From: Octopus sinensis
Lineage: Eukaryota
Direction: 5' to 3'
Assembly: GCF_006345805.1 (NCBI RefSeq)
Contig: NC_043000.1
Location: 156,798,001-156,862,000 of the forward strand
Length of the DNA: 64,000 nt
The position numbers and the translations under genes are program-made. Positions 26,082-38,412 of the stretch are shown one piece after another (position 1 is the stretch's first letter; each line of letters opens with the position of its first letter). The notes under the pieces were generated by a model, which was given only the letters and a program-made list of their open reading frames with translations, was not told the origin of the DNA and did no database searches.

Positions 26082-26509
26082 CATATATTTGGCATTTGAA
26101 TATGGCTAACCCCTAAGGGTGAATGCTACTGTAGTTTGTAGCCCCAGGAGGACACCTCCTCCAGCTGGCTATAGACAGACTTTCTGTGCCCTATCAGTAT
26201 TTGCAAAGGGAAGCCATCCTTCCCGTCTTCAATCTGACATGATACACACGGACTCGAGTTTCAGGGTATTGACCCGTCATCGGCGTGTGACAATCATAGT
26301 TGTCGATGAGAATTAGGTTCCCTTCACAAATACATATACTTTTTCCAGTATCGATTGACACTGATATTGAAGAAGTGTAATCAAACAATGATAAATCTCA
26401 GAGCGAGTTATAAACAGTAGCAGCAACACATCGTGACGTATATTTGCCATTTGAATATGGCTAGCCCCTAAGGGTGAATGCTACTGTAGTTTGTAGCCCC
26501 AGGAGGACA
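26078..26509 (-). mobile_element. HHR-containing element with 77-bp terminal direct repeats (355-bp period), retrozyme/pLTR-like
   Basis: 26078-26154 is repeated at 26433-26509. (AT)n on both flanks. HHR at 26239-26297 on the minus strand. Confidence 0.65.
26239..26297 (-). ncRNA. Type I hammerhead ribozyme, variant core (CCGAUGA)
   Basis: ATGAT-TGT-CACACG / CCGATGA / C-GGG-TCAATA-CCC-T / GAAA / C-TCGA-GTC / CGTGTG-T-ATCAT. Stem I is 6+5 bp and stem III is the palindrome ACTCGAGT. Deviations are U4C and a C.U mismatch closing stem II. Confidence 0.65.
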
Positions 26510-27263
26510 TATATATATATATATGAAAAAAAGCAACAGGATATGAAGTGGTGATGCAGTACGACCCTTTCAAGCGTCTCCATTTAATTGAACAATGCCA
26601 TCATTACATCAATTCAAATGCAGTGTCATCATCAACTGCACAAATAAATAAATAGAATTTTAACCAGTTGGATACATTAATATAATTTTTCTCAAGAGGG
26701 AGAGGGAGAGATAAAGGGGGAAAAGAGGAATAACTAGAAAGAGGACACAAACAGGTGTGATGATGTAAAAGAGATACGTAGTTACCTAGGCAGAGGGAAA
26801 AGCAAAAGTCAGAAACAGCAAAAATGCAAGAGAGAGCAGGAGAGAGATGGTGGTGAAGTGCCAGGATATATTCACAAGTGACAGGGATCAGAGCGTAGAC
26901 GGGATGGTAGAGTAAGGAAAAGAGAGAGCATGCCCTCAAGGTACGGATGTTATAATATACGCGACCAGATATTGCCAAGATAGCGCGAGTAGGGAGTGGG
27001 GATTGCAGTGACTGGGGAAAACCTGGCTATGAACAGGGGGTGGGGGAAAGCAGCGATACAGTGTGCAGGGCAGTGAGGGCAGTGATGTGGAGTGGGGGAT
27101 AATCATAGTGTACGATGAGGAAATGTGAGGAAGAAATTTAGAAGAGATATAGTTCGGTTTCTTGGAGTAGGGTGTGAGGAAAATTTATTGTTACATATGG
27201 GTGGGACACAATACATCTAGCACTCAGTTTTGCTGACGTAGGCGGATATTCTCTAGAACCTAC

Positions 27264-27306
<43 letters not shown>

Positions 27307-28552
27307 AAATTGATGTGTTATAAAACTATTCTGCACATACCAACAACATAGCAACAACAGCCATACCAACAACCCAACATACCTCCATCATCAGCTGCCC
27401 TACCGATATCACTATGGATTCGACACCTGGGCAGTACCATTCAATCCGGTGGTATCAATAGCACTAAAATAGGTGTTGTTTGGGGGAAAAACATACCTTA
27501 GACATCACCACGTTCATTCAATCTTAATACTAGTAAGGATTAAACATTAACATCATTAATTAAACTATATATATATAACAAATAGTGACGAATTATCATT
27601 CCGGGTAAAATACTTCATAAGATCTCTGTTGGTACCCCAGGCTAACAATATTACTTGGATTAGTGAAGAACTCCAACTAATCTTCTGGTAGGTCCCATGT
27701 TATAGTTCATTACAATTCTGTATTGGAAATCTATGAATAGTCTTCAGAAATACTGGTTTTTACAGAGTGATATATAAGTTTAAGATAATGGTCATTACAT
27801 ATAATTCCTTTATTAGAGCAAATTTGGCTTGCAGCTTTTTCCAGTAGTCATTATAGGTACATTACTGATAGTCGTACTCAATTGGTCTATTGATCATTTA
27901 AACGACATTAGGAAATTAATGCTACTTTCGCCAGAGCCTTTGCTGGTCAGTTCAGCAACGTAACTACAGTTGGTGATTACTCCTTCTGCTCCTTCTTCAG
28001 ACTTTTCCCTTTCTCCCTTTCTTCTTTCACAGGAAGGGCTCTGCTAGCAACGTTAAACTCTTTCATTTCACCGAGCGTCAAGCTAATACACTTCTTGTGC
28101 ACGTGTTTTTATTTTTTGCTTTTCTATTCGTATATTCAAATTGTTTGTTTATTTGAATTGACTATGTGTGTGTGTATGTATATTATTGTATAATAAAAAT
28201 AGTTTTACTTAAATTGAATGACTACTGAATACGTTTCGTGGAATACAAGTTTATTATTCTTCAACAATAATAATTGAGAATGACTAACTGCATGTAATAA
28301 GTAACTCAGGGTGAACAGAATATTTTCATGGATTGCAAGAATAAAACATTTTGCTTTATCAGAGAATTAAGTTATTTTAAGATTCATATCTTCCCAAATA
28401 ACATCTTTTATCTCAAATATATCACCAAAAGTGATCGATCACAAAATATCCTTCAACTATTATCAGGACATTTCTCCAAACTCATTGATAAAATGAGAGA
28501 CAGTTAAATTTATCTGAAGTAGATACGCCAAATGAATGACTAACTCCATATA

Positions 28553-29845
28553 CGAGGGACGTTCAATAAGTAATGCCCTGACCCACTTGCAGTTGTTTGA
28601 TCTAGCTGAAATTTTGCACGTGCGATTATTCATATCTCTATAGATTAAGTAGCAAATTACAGCTCTGAACTAATTGTGGTTTCGATTACAGGTGTTTGAA
28701 CTGAGTCAAGTGTGTGAAATGGAGCTGTTGAGCGTCGAGCAGTGATCCGGTTTTTGTATTGAAAAAGGACACACACCACGGGAGACTTTTGATGAAATGA
28801 AAGTAACTTATGGTGATGATGCCCCATCATATGACCTTGTAAAATGCTGGCATCGTGACTTCAAACATGGTCGGAACTCTGTGGAAACAGCTCCCAGATC
28901 TGGTCGCCTCCACCCCCTTCTGCCATTGATGAGGCATCTGTCCGTCAAGTTGAGGCTGCCATATTGGAAGATCGACGCATAATTATTCGCCAAATAGCCC
29001 ATGAGGTCAAGATTAGTACCGGGTCTGTGGAAACTATCATTCATGACCGTTTGCATATGCAAAAGGTGTCTGCCAGATGGATTCCCAGGTTGCTCACACC
29101 TTTCCAGAAGCAAGAACGCGTCGAGTGCTTGAGGATGAATTTGGAGATGTGCCAAGAAGACGAGTCAAAATTTTACAAAAGACTGATTACACAGGATGAA
29201 ACCTGGGTCCATCACTATGATCCAGAGACCAAAGCCCAGTCAATGCTGTGGAAGCACCGTGACCACCTCCTCCAAAGTAGGCAAGGGTGCAGCTCTCCGC
29301 TGGCAAGGTCATGCTCACAGTCTTCTGGGACAAGGACGGAGTAGTGATGACAGATTTCCTGGCAAAGGGTACCACAGTTACAGGAGCCTATTATGCTTCA
29401 CTTTTGAGGAAATTAAGAGAAGCTATCAAAATCAAGAGGCGGAGCAAGATCAGCAAAGGCATCCTCCTGCAGGACAACGCTCCAGTCCACAACTCGCGTG
29501 TCGCCAGATCATAAGCACAGGCGTGCGGCTATGAACTCCTCCCCCATCCCCCCTACTCTCCTGATCTTGCAACCTCTGATTTTCACCTCTTCCCAGCCAT
29601 GAAGTTGTTTTTGAAAGGAAAGCGTTTCCCAGATGATTCAGCCTTGATTTCTAAATTCACGTCGTGGTTGGAGGACCAAGCTGGGGTCTTCTACGAAAAC
29701 GGTCTTCAGAGCTGCATCAAACGATGGGAGAAATGAGCAACTCTGGGTGGTTCCTATGTAGAAAAAGACTAATAACTGTGCCAAGTTTCGTTGCTCTACT
29801 GCTATGGAAAGTGGGTCAGGAGCATTACTTATTGAACGCCCCTCG
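28553..29845 (+). mobile_element. Mariner transposon (irritans-like), full length but disrupted
   Basis: TA-flanked TIRs CGAGGGACGTTCAATAAGTAATGC and GCATTACTTATTGAACGCCCCTCG. Motifs WIPRLL, TQDETW, QDNAPVH, YSPDLATSD. Several frameshifts and stops. Confidence 0.95.
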
Positions 29846-30148
29846 TAAGGAAGGGAGATAATCAAGGATTCTCCAAGTTAACATGCCATTAAGGAAATGA
29901 TCAAGCTTATTGCCTTGAGATATGAGGACAGTCGTGGACATGTGTTTCTGCTCAACAGGTGTTGTCTGCGCGACAATTGTCCCACCTTATCTCAGGTAGC
30001 CAGGGTAGAAGGAGAAAGAATGTTGAAAATTTATACCCTAAGAAATTTACTTAATCTAAACTCTCTTTCAATAAGTTTAAGTCTCTATAGAAGACGCTTG
30101 CCTCAAGAGCCACGTAGTGGACCGATCACAAAACCATGTGCTAACGAG

Positions 30149-30213
<65 letters not shown>

Positions 30214-30380
30214 GTGTGTGTGGTGTGTGTGTGTGTGTGTGTGAGTGTGCATGTGTCGTGCGAGCGTGTTGTTTGCACACGTACACACACCACACACATG
30301 TATGTATATATGTAAGCACGTATATATATATATATATATATATAGTTGTATATATAAATAAATAAATAAATATATATAGA

Positions 30381-30421
<41 letters not shown>

Positions 30422-30775
30422 GATATATATATATATACATATATATACTATATAATATATATATAATATTATATTATATATATTATATATAGATATATAA
30501 TATATATATATATATATTATATATATATATATAAGAAGAAATTATACACACCGTGTATAAGTGTATGATGAGGTAAAAACCCAGCACAGTTTCGATTACC
30601 TGTTATTATCTGTAAATGGCGGGAACTTCATACAGGAGGTTTTTAGAGAAACAGTATTAATAAAATAGATGGAAAAAAAAAGATTTTATTTTATACACTA
30701 TGTATGTATTCGCCAATACGTATGCGTATGCGAGTGTATTTAGTTGCACGTATACACCCATATACTTGGATGTGC

Positions 30776-30976
<201 letters not shown>

Positions 30977-31120
30977 CATAATTTTTAAAGAAAAACCTTT
31001 ATTAAACAATTCAATAGTGAAAGACGTTATTCACACCATATAGAAATAATTAAACATGCTATAAAAAACATTATCCTAAAAATCAATAAAGTACAGAAAC
31101 AATAACTGGAATTATATTCC

Positions 31121-31157
<37 letters not shown>

Positions 31158-31442
31158 ACACACACACACACACATGTATCTGTGTATCTATATGTGCGTA
31201 TGAGCACGAATACAAAGAAATTTTTCGTCTAAGTATTATATTGCTTTCCACTTCCTTTTCTTTCTCAACTGTTACACAACAGCGACGGCTCATTACATCA
31301 TTCTCTCCGAAATAGAATTTTCACATTCATATTTGAATTTCTCGCGTTTCACTTTTACTCTGTTTCTTTTTTTTCTACTAAGTTGACAGACACTTAGCGA
31401 TATGTAACGCCAAATCTCTAGTGAGACTTTTTATTTATTTAT

Positions 31443-31484
31443 GTACCTGAAGAGACCCAGAATGGGTCGAAACATGTGTCGTAC
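31443..31484 (+). ncRNA. Minimal type I hammerhead ribozyme, canonical core
   Basis: GTAC / CTGAAGA / GACCC-AGAAT-GGGTC / GAAA / C-ATGT-GTC / GTAC. Stem I extends by TTTATTTA:TAAATAAA. Predicted cleavage after C31480. Confidence 0.85.
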
Positions 31485-31668
31485 TAAATAAAATCTTGTT
31501 TGTTTCCTTCTATTTTATTAATACTATATATATAATATACAAAATTTAAAGGACTGACCACTAAAAGTGGACAGTCAATATGCTAGATATAGACGTCAAA
31601 ATCGCTAGGCCACTGGTTTTAATTGATTAATATCAATTCCTACCCTTATTCAATTTTATATAATATAC

Positions 31669-31708
<40 letters not shown>

Positions 31709-31719
31709 TATATATATAT

Positions 31720-31757
<38 letters not shown>

Positions 31758-31799
31758 CATACATATATATATGTATGTATGTATGTATTTATAAATCCT

Positions 31800-32646
31800 T
31801 AAAAACGTTTCAGCCTGAAAGCTGCGGCCATGCTGGGGCACCACCGTTGACTGTGCTACACTAGTATGTGAAACCACCTCTCACACCTGGCACTTGGTCA
31901 ACAAGGGAGTTCGACGCCGCTGCCCGCATCTGTGTTTCCTGCTGAGAGGTAGGTTCATCTGGAATCCCCTGACAAGAAGAAATCGATTTTAGTTTTAAAG
32001 AAACCCACATCCACACCATGCAGTTCTCTCAGGCATTTAGGAAGGATATTGAAGAGCTGTGGTCCACTGAAACCCAGGCTGTTGCAGTATCTGGTCCTGT
32101 ATTTTGAAGGTGATGTTGGAATCTTTGGCACCATGGCAGTGGCACCCTATTGTGCTGCTGGTGTAACTTTCAATGCCAAAATTTGGGACATGGCCCTCCA
32201 GGATTTTCCAGATGTATATCATGCATATCTCTCCCGCCTTCGCTCCAAGGAAAAGAGTTTTAATACTTTCAGTATTTCCCAGTAGCTGATAGTGTGGCTT
32301 CGTTGGATTGCTTCGAGTTCTGCTGTTAACTTTATATTGAGTGGTGACCATAGTTGGGAGCAGTAGTCCAAGCGGCTGAGGACAAATGTCTTCCAAAGGA
32401 CCATCAGTGTCTCCTCCTCTCTTGTTCTTAAAGTTCGGAGGCTCCATCCAGCTAGCCCTCTGCATTTTATTACCAAATTAGGAATATGCACTTGGAAAGA
32501 TGCATCATTGCTCATGTCAATGCCCATGTCACGCACTGATTTTGACTCAAGAATTGCAATTCTTCCTGGGCCAGTGTATCCGGTCTGCATGTCGTTCAGC
32601 TTTGTGTGACGGTAGCGCAGGGTTTGGAACTTCCCTGCATTAAACT
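31800..32646 (-). mobile_element. CR1/L2-group LINE, 5'-truncated 3' end (RT C-terminus plus 3' UTR)
   Basis: KFNAGKFQTLRY; VRDMGIDMSNDASFQVHI...LDYCSQLWSP...LEAIQR...LFSLERRRERY; C-terminal IPDEPTSQQETQMRAAASNSLVDQ...*. Confidence 0.9.
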
Positions 32647-32672
32647 TATATATATATATATATATATATATA

Positions 32673-33936
32673 TTGGGCTGTCCGGAAAGTTCGTGCCGAT
32701 TTATAGTAGCTTACCTTTCGACTTATTTTAGAACATGGTTGAGTCCATAAAACAGGATTTGACTACACCTCCATTTAGAGCACAGTTTCGTGGAAGATGG
32801 TTTATCTTTCTATAACCTGTGTTAACTCTGTAACTCTTTAAAATGGAAGATAAGAAAGTTCATTTTCGGCACTTGATGCTTTTCTTTTTCTGTAAAGAGT
32901 AAAATTCCTCACAAGCAACCGAAATAATATGTGTAGTTTACAGTGATGTTTCTTTATCCGAAAGAACTGCACGGATGTGGTTCGCAAGGTTCCGAGCTGG
33001 AGATTGTAGCCTTATTGATAAAGAGCGATCAGGCAAACCATCTGCTACAGATGATGACCAAAGCAAGTCATTATTTGAGAATAACCCACATTGCACAACC
33101 CGAGAATTGGCAGAAAGCCCCAATCTATCAAAATCCGTCGTTCATGAGCACCTGGTAAAGCTTGGGTACACAAATCGCTACGATATTTGGGTACCACATG
33201 AGTTGAGTAAGAAGAACCTTTTGCATCGTATTTCCATCCGTGATTTGCTTTATAAACGGAATGAAAACGCGCCTTTTTTAAAGCAAATTGTGACAGGTGA
33301 TGAGAAATGGATTATCTACCGAAATGTTTAGAGAAAATGATCCTGGAGTAAGCGACATGAGCCACCCTTAGCCACCCCAAAAGCGGATCTTCACCCTAAA
33401 AAAGTCTTGCTTTGTATCTGGTGGGATTGGAAAGGAATTATGTACAATGAGCTTCTCTCCAGTAACCAGACAATTAATTCTGAGAAACACTGCACACAAC
33501 TGGATGAGTTAAAAGCAGTAATTCGTGAGAAATGTCCAGAATTGGCAAACAAGAAGGGTGTTGTTTTCCAACATGATAATGTATTACCGCACGTTTCTTT
33601 GGAAACCAGACAAAAATTGCTGCAGCTCCGCTGGGATGTGTTACCCCAACCTCCATATTCACCGGATATTGTTCCTTCGGATTTCCACTTATTCAGGTCT
33701 CTGCAGAATAGTCTTAATGGTAAAATGTTCAATTCCTTGGATGATGTAAAAAGATACCTTGATGAATTCTTTGCCATGAAACCACCTCAATTCTGGGAAA
33801 TGGGTGTTTTCAAGTTAAAAAAAAGATGGAGACGCATTGTGCAACAAAATGGTTCATATTTGGTTGATTAAATGTAATGGCAAGTATTTACTGATCTTTT
33901 CCTTTCCTTTAAAAATCGCACGCACTTTCCGGCAAC

Positions 33937-33940
<4 letters not shown>
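32673..33940 (+). mobile_element. Mariner transposon, full length, inactivated, inserted in (TA)n
   Basis: TIRs TTGGGCTGTCCGGAAAGTTCGTGCCGATTT and AAATCGCACGCACTTTCCGGCAACCCAA. Motifs WVPHEL, TGDEKW, QHDN, YSPDIVPSD. Stops TAG and TGA near 33330-33340. Confidence 0.95.
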
Positions 33941-34022
<82 letters not shown>

Positions 34023-34026
<4 letters not shown>

Positions 34027-35202
34027 GAAATAGAAAATGAATAATCTTGTTGCAGATTAATCAAAAGTTTAACCGATACCTTGGTAGCAACAAATCCAGC
34101 AGAAGACAGCACGGTTGGAGGTACAACCATATGGTGTTGCAACCGTGCGTTGGTGCGGATAATTGAATTTTAATAAGGTTTGTCCTCACGAATCTCCAAC
34201 CATTACGCAACTTTTCGAGACGTGAATAAATGCCAGACCACGGGACTTAGCAAGCTAATATGGCGATTGAAGAATACGAACTCAAGCTACAGCCTGGAAT
34301 GGTCAATTTTGTCGGTGGCCCTCCCATTTGACAGGGGCAGAAGGAAGTGCAACCTTTGTGTCTCCGAACTCTTCCATATATTGTTCGCCAGAGACCGGAT
34401 GGTAAACGGACTTTTACAGTCGGCTTTTCGATGCCCCCACTGGCGGCGTTTACTTATCTTGCTTATAAATAACGCTTATAAATAATACCTGCGCCCGGTT
34501 ACACTACTTTATGAAATAGCCCTTGAAAATAAATTCTGAAAAACTTTTAAGAGAAATATGATTAACCATTGCAGGGGAATTACTCCTGGGAGACGAATGG
34601 TGGTTGTCTTGACGACGGGGGGTTTCTTTGACAAGGCAGGTTTAGACGAACACACGCACACATAAAAAATTTTTTTCTGCCACCCGACGGATTTTACAGC
34701 AGTGACCATTGTGTAGGGCTGTTTACCAACTGACGCACGTGATCAAACGCACACTACGAAACACATAGAACAGTACCACACACACATGTTTCTAAGTAGA
34801 TTTTGGCTCGCCCCATATAATACACCTAATATTCTTTAAATAGTCAGAACTTTAGTCTCGGTCACAAAGAACATCTAACACCCTAACCCCCCCTCCCACC
34901 CACCGGAATGACCGGTGCCTGACCCGTTAAAACCTTCAACGCACCCACCACCAGTTTTCAACATACATTGATAAACAGTTTGGCCATGGGCTCTTAGGAG
35001 CCTCGTTCGATTTGTTTTGCTCCGCCTCTGTTCTGTTTTTGTTTTTTCCAACGGATTTCCTCCTATTTCTTCCTGAAGAGAAAGACACAATATGGTCTCC
35101 TTATTCAATCGGAATTTGGTAATTGTGCCTTTCGAAACACGTGTAGAATGCAATAAAACGATTTCTTTCTGTTCAATCTTCGTTCAACTCCATTTCTTCA
35201 AT

Positions 35203-35206
<4 letters not shown>
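34023..35206 (+). mobile_element. 5'-truncated Penelope-like element: inverted tail, GIY-YIG C-terminus, 3' UTR and HHR
   Basis: ORF 34180-34485 contains NH...F.....T.LSKLIWRLK...YSLEWSIL..A.PF...KCNLCVSE...IL...CPH. HHR at 35070-35148. (TA)n on both sides. Confidence 0.75.
35070..35148 (+). ncRNA. Type I hammerhead ribozyme with long stem II
   Basis: TTC / CTGAAGA / GAAAG-A-CACAAT...ATTGTG-C-CTTTC / GAAA / C-ACGT-GTA / GAA. Stem III is the palindrome ACACGTGT. Predicted cleavage after A35145. Confidence 0.8.
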
Positions 35207-35245
<39 letters not shown>

Positions 35246-36439
35246 GAGAGGAGAGGAGAGAGAGGGGGGGAGAGAGGGAGAGAGAGAGAGAGAGAGAGAG
35301 TGAGAAGTAGCTTCATTGATAAAGAAGAAGAAGAAGAAGAAGAAGAAGAAGAAGAAGAAGGTAATAATGAAAGAAAGAAAACAGGGTAGAAATACACGAC
35401 GCCGATGTGGACAATGATGATGATGATGATGATGATGATGACGACGACGACGACGACAATGATGATAAACCGTTTAGTCATTTTTATCCCTATCGTCATC
35501 ATTGTTATCATCTTCATCATCATCATTATTGTTAGCCTCCTCCTCTTCTTCATCATCATCATCATCATCATCAATATATCATCATTATCGTCATCATCGG
35601 TTGTAGAGCAAGTAAGAGACTTTGTCTGACAGTCGGAAATTCCTGATTTGTTAGAAACATTCCTGGAATTATTAAAAACAACGGTACCTAAGTTGAATGT
35701 TCTTACCATTTTCTATCGACAGAACGGATAAACAGCCTTGTGTAAGGTGAACAAATAGGATGTAGAATTTTCATTTGCGGCGTATTTATTTCACAGTATG
35801 GTTTTTAAGTGTCCGGAATGCTGAGATGTTTACAAAGAAATGTGTGGGTGTGTCTTCTGTGATGTTCTCTTCGACAGTTCCTGGTGAATGAATGAGTGAG
35901 TATATAAGTGTGTGTGGGCATCTGTGTGTATGTGTGAGTGTATTTGAGTGTGTATGTGTGTGTGCATACGTGCGAACAAGAGTGCGTGTGTGCGAATATG
36001 TGTATTTCTGTGGTACTGGAATTCATCTTAGAGCCCTCCCTACAACTCGTTAAGTATGTTGGTGGCTAGCCAGCTTGTGGAATGCAGAAAATAAAGAAAA
36101 TTCTAGAATCTAGATTTGAGAGTCTAGTCTAGATTCTACTGTTATCAAGAACATCTCGTGGTCTGTGTAGCTGTTGGAAGAGCCAAATATGCGGAATTGA
36201 TTTCACTCTGTATATGATGTGTACATCTATACTTTTTTTCTGTTACTTATTTCAAACTCGTTTTAGCGACGGAAGCAGAATTAGTTCCGAATACCAGTCT
36301 GTATACTGTAAATACATATATATTCACTCAGCGCAAGCTGAATAGCCCGTCGGTGCTGGGACAATTTTCACAATAAGATGCTTTTATTTCAATTTCTTTT
36401 TATTCCATTTCAGACCATGTCTTCACCGACGGATAGGCC

Positions 36440-36730
36440 ACCAGATCTGCATAGGATATCGTCTCCTGAGCCTATGCGACGGAAGATCTTGTGCGTTTAT
36501 CATCTAACCGATGCCTCCTAAACGCCAGCAGAAATTTCCTAAAATGCAAGCACGACCCGAAGATCTCCGTTCTGGAGTTCCGTATGGTCCCTGGTACGTG
36601 CGAATTTTTCAGGATTTCCGTGCGTTCCGCTATGCATAGTTTGCAACTTTTCATCCCTTTAAGATACATGTTTCCAACCATAGATCTTCCTTCAGGGTAC
36701 CGCTGGCCAGCCATGTCTGGCAACTAAAGG
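36440..36730 (-). mobile_element. Penelope-like GIY-YIG C-terminal fragment
   Basis: KSCKLCIAERTEILKNSHVPGTIRNSRTEIFGSCLHFRKFL fits the C.LC..E..IL....N.R.EI...C.H..K pattern also seen at 34180-34485. Confidence 0.65.
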
Positions 36731-37202
36731 AAGATGGAATTCCACACTAAATCTCATGGAAAATCCTTGCGCTCTCGGGTCCCTACATCAATGGAACGAA
36801 ACACTGTATGCTATGCATAGCCAAACGCACGTACCAGAACGGAGATTTTGGGGCTGTGCTTGCATTTTAGGAGATTTCTTCTGGTGTTTTGTGAACCTCA
36901 CTATAGCGGTAATAGCAAAAATAACACCACAACCGGAAGTTGATTGGTGATGAGAGAGAGATATAAACCTCTATTGTTTACTCTCATAGCTGAAAGATGG
37001 AGACACGGCCGGAAGCCGATAGCCGGCAGCAAAGGGAGATAATCCCTTAGTTTGAATCCGTACCATTCCCCGCCCCATATTTTAAGGAGGTCGTAGGCCA
37101 ACAGGTCTTACAGTCTGAAGATACTCCATAAAAGTATCCTTATGGCACGTAACCATATATATATATTGGATAATAAAACGAATGGTTTACACCTGGTATA
37201 TA

Positions 37203-37616
37203 TACTCTTACCCTTTACTCTTTTACTTGTTTCAGTCATTTGACTGCGGCCATGCTGGAGCACTGCCTTTGGTTGAGCAACTCGACCCCGGGACTTATTC
37301 TTCGTAAGCCCAGTACTCATTCTATTGGTCTCTTTTTGCCGAACCGCTAAGTGACGGGGACATAAAGACACCAGCATCGGTTGTCAAGCGATGCTAGAGG
37401 GACAAACACAGACACACAGACACACAAACACACACACATACATATATATACATATATACGACGGGCTTCTTTCCGTTTCCGTCTACCAAATCCGCTCACA
37501 AGGCTTTGGTCGGCCCGAGGCTATAGTAGAAGACAGTTGCCCAAGGTGCCACGCAGTGGGACTGAACCCGGAACCATGTGGTTGGTTAGCAAGCTCCTTA
37601 CCACACAGCCACTCCT
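37203..37616 (-). mobile_element. SINE family A, full length
   Basis: Same head, core and tail as the other family A copies. Confidence 0.92.
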
Positions 37617-37894
37617 TTTACTTATTTCAGTTATTTGACTGTGGCTACGCTGGAGAACCGCCTTTCGTCGAACAAATCGACCGCAAGACTTATTCTTTGT
37701 AAGCCTAGTAAGTACATATTACGCTATGTTACAGGGACGTAAACACACAAACATCGGTTGTCAAGCGATGGTGGGGGGACAAGCACAGACACACAAATAT
37801 ATACATGCATACACGCATACATACATACATGCATACATACATACATACATACATACATACATACATTATATTATACGCAACCACTCCTGCGCCT
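37617..37894 (-). mobile_element. Older SINE family A copy with internal deletion, abutting the previous copy
   Basis: Tail TTTCAGTTATTTGACTGTGGC and head remnant CCACTCCTGCGCCT at 37881-37894. Confidence 0.8.
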
Positions 37895-38189
37895 ATATAT
37901 ATAATATATATATATATAATATATATATATTAATATATATATATATATGTATGGTATGTATGTTATATTATTATATAATTTTAGAAAATAGCATTTTTAA
38001 TAGATTAGCGTGCTATATCCGTAGTCTTTTTCAAGTGTCCGGATAAACCCTGTTCAACTGCCTGTGAGGCAACAGGCAGTATGGAGAACAGAGCAACTAG
38101 TCCGTCTATCTGGGAATTATTGAGTCGTGGCAGTTAGCAGGGTGGCTGGGGCTGGGATTTTAAGGAATATATTAGGGAGATAAACGTAT

Positions 38190-38412
38190 TTCTTTACTAC
38201 CCACAAGGGGCTAAACACAGACGGGACAAACAAGGACAGACAAACGGATTAAGTCGATTACATCGCCCCCAGTGCGTAAGTGGTACTTAATTTATCAACC
38301 CCAAAAGGATGAAAGGCAAAGTCGACCTCGGCGGAATTTGAACACAGAACGTAACGGCAGACGAAATACGGCTATGCATTTAGTCCGGCGTGCTAACGAT
38401 TCTGCTAGCTCG
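38190..38412 (-). mobile_element. SINE family B, single unit
   Basis: TTCTTTACTACCCACAAGGGGCTAAAC...GGCGTGCTAACGATTCTGCTAGCTCG. Confidence 0.9.
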
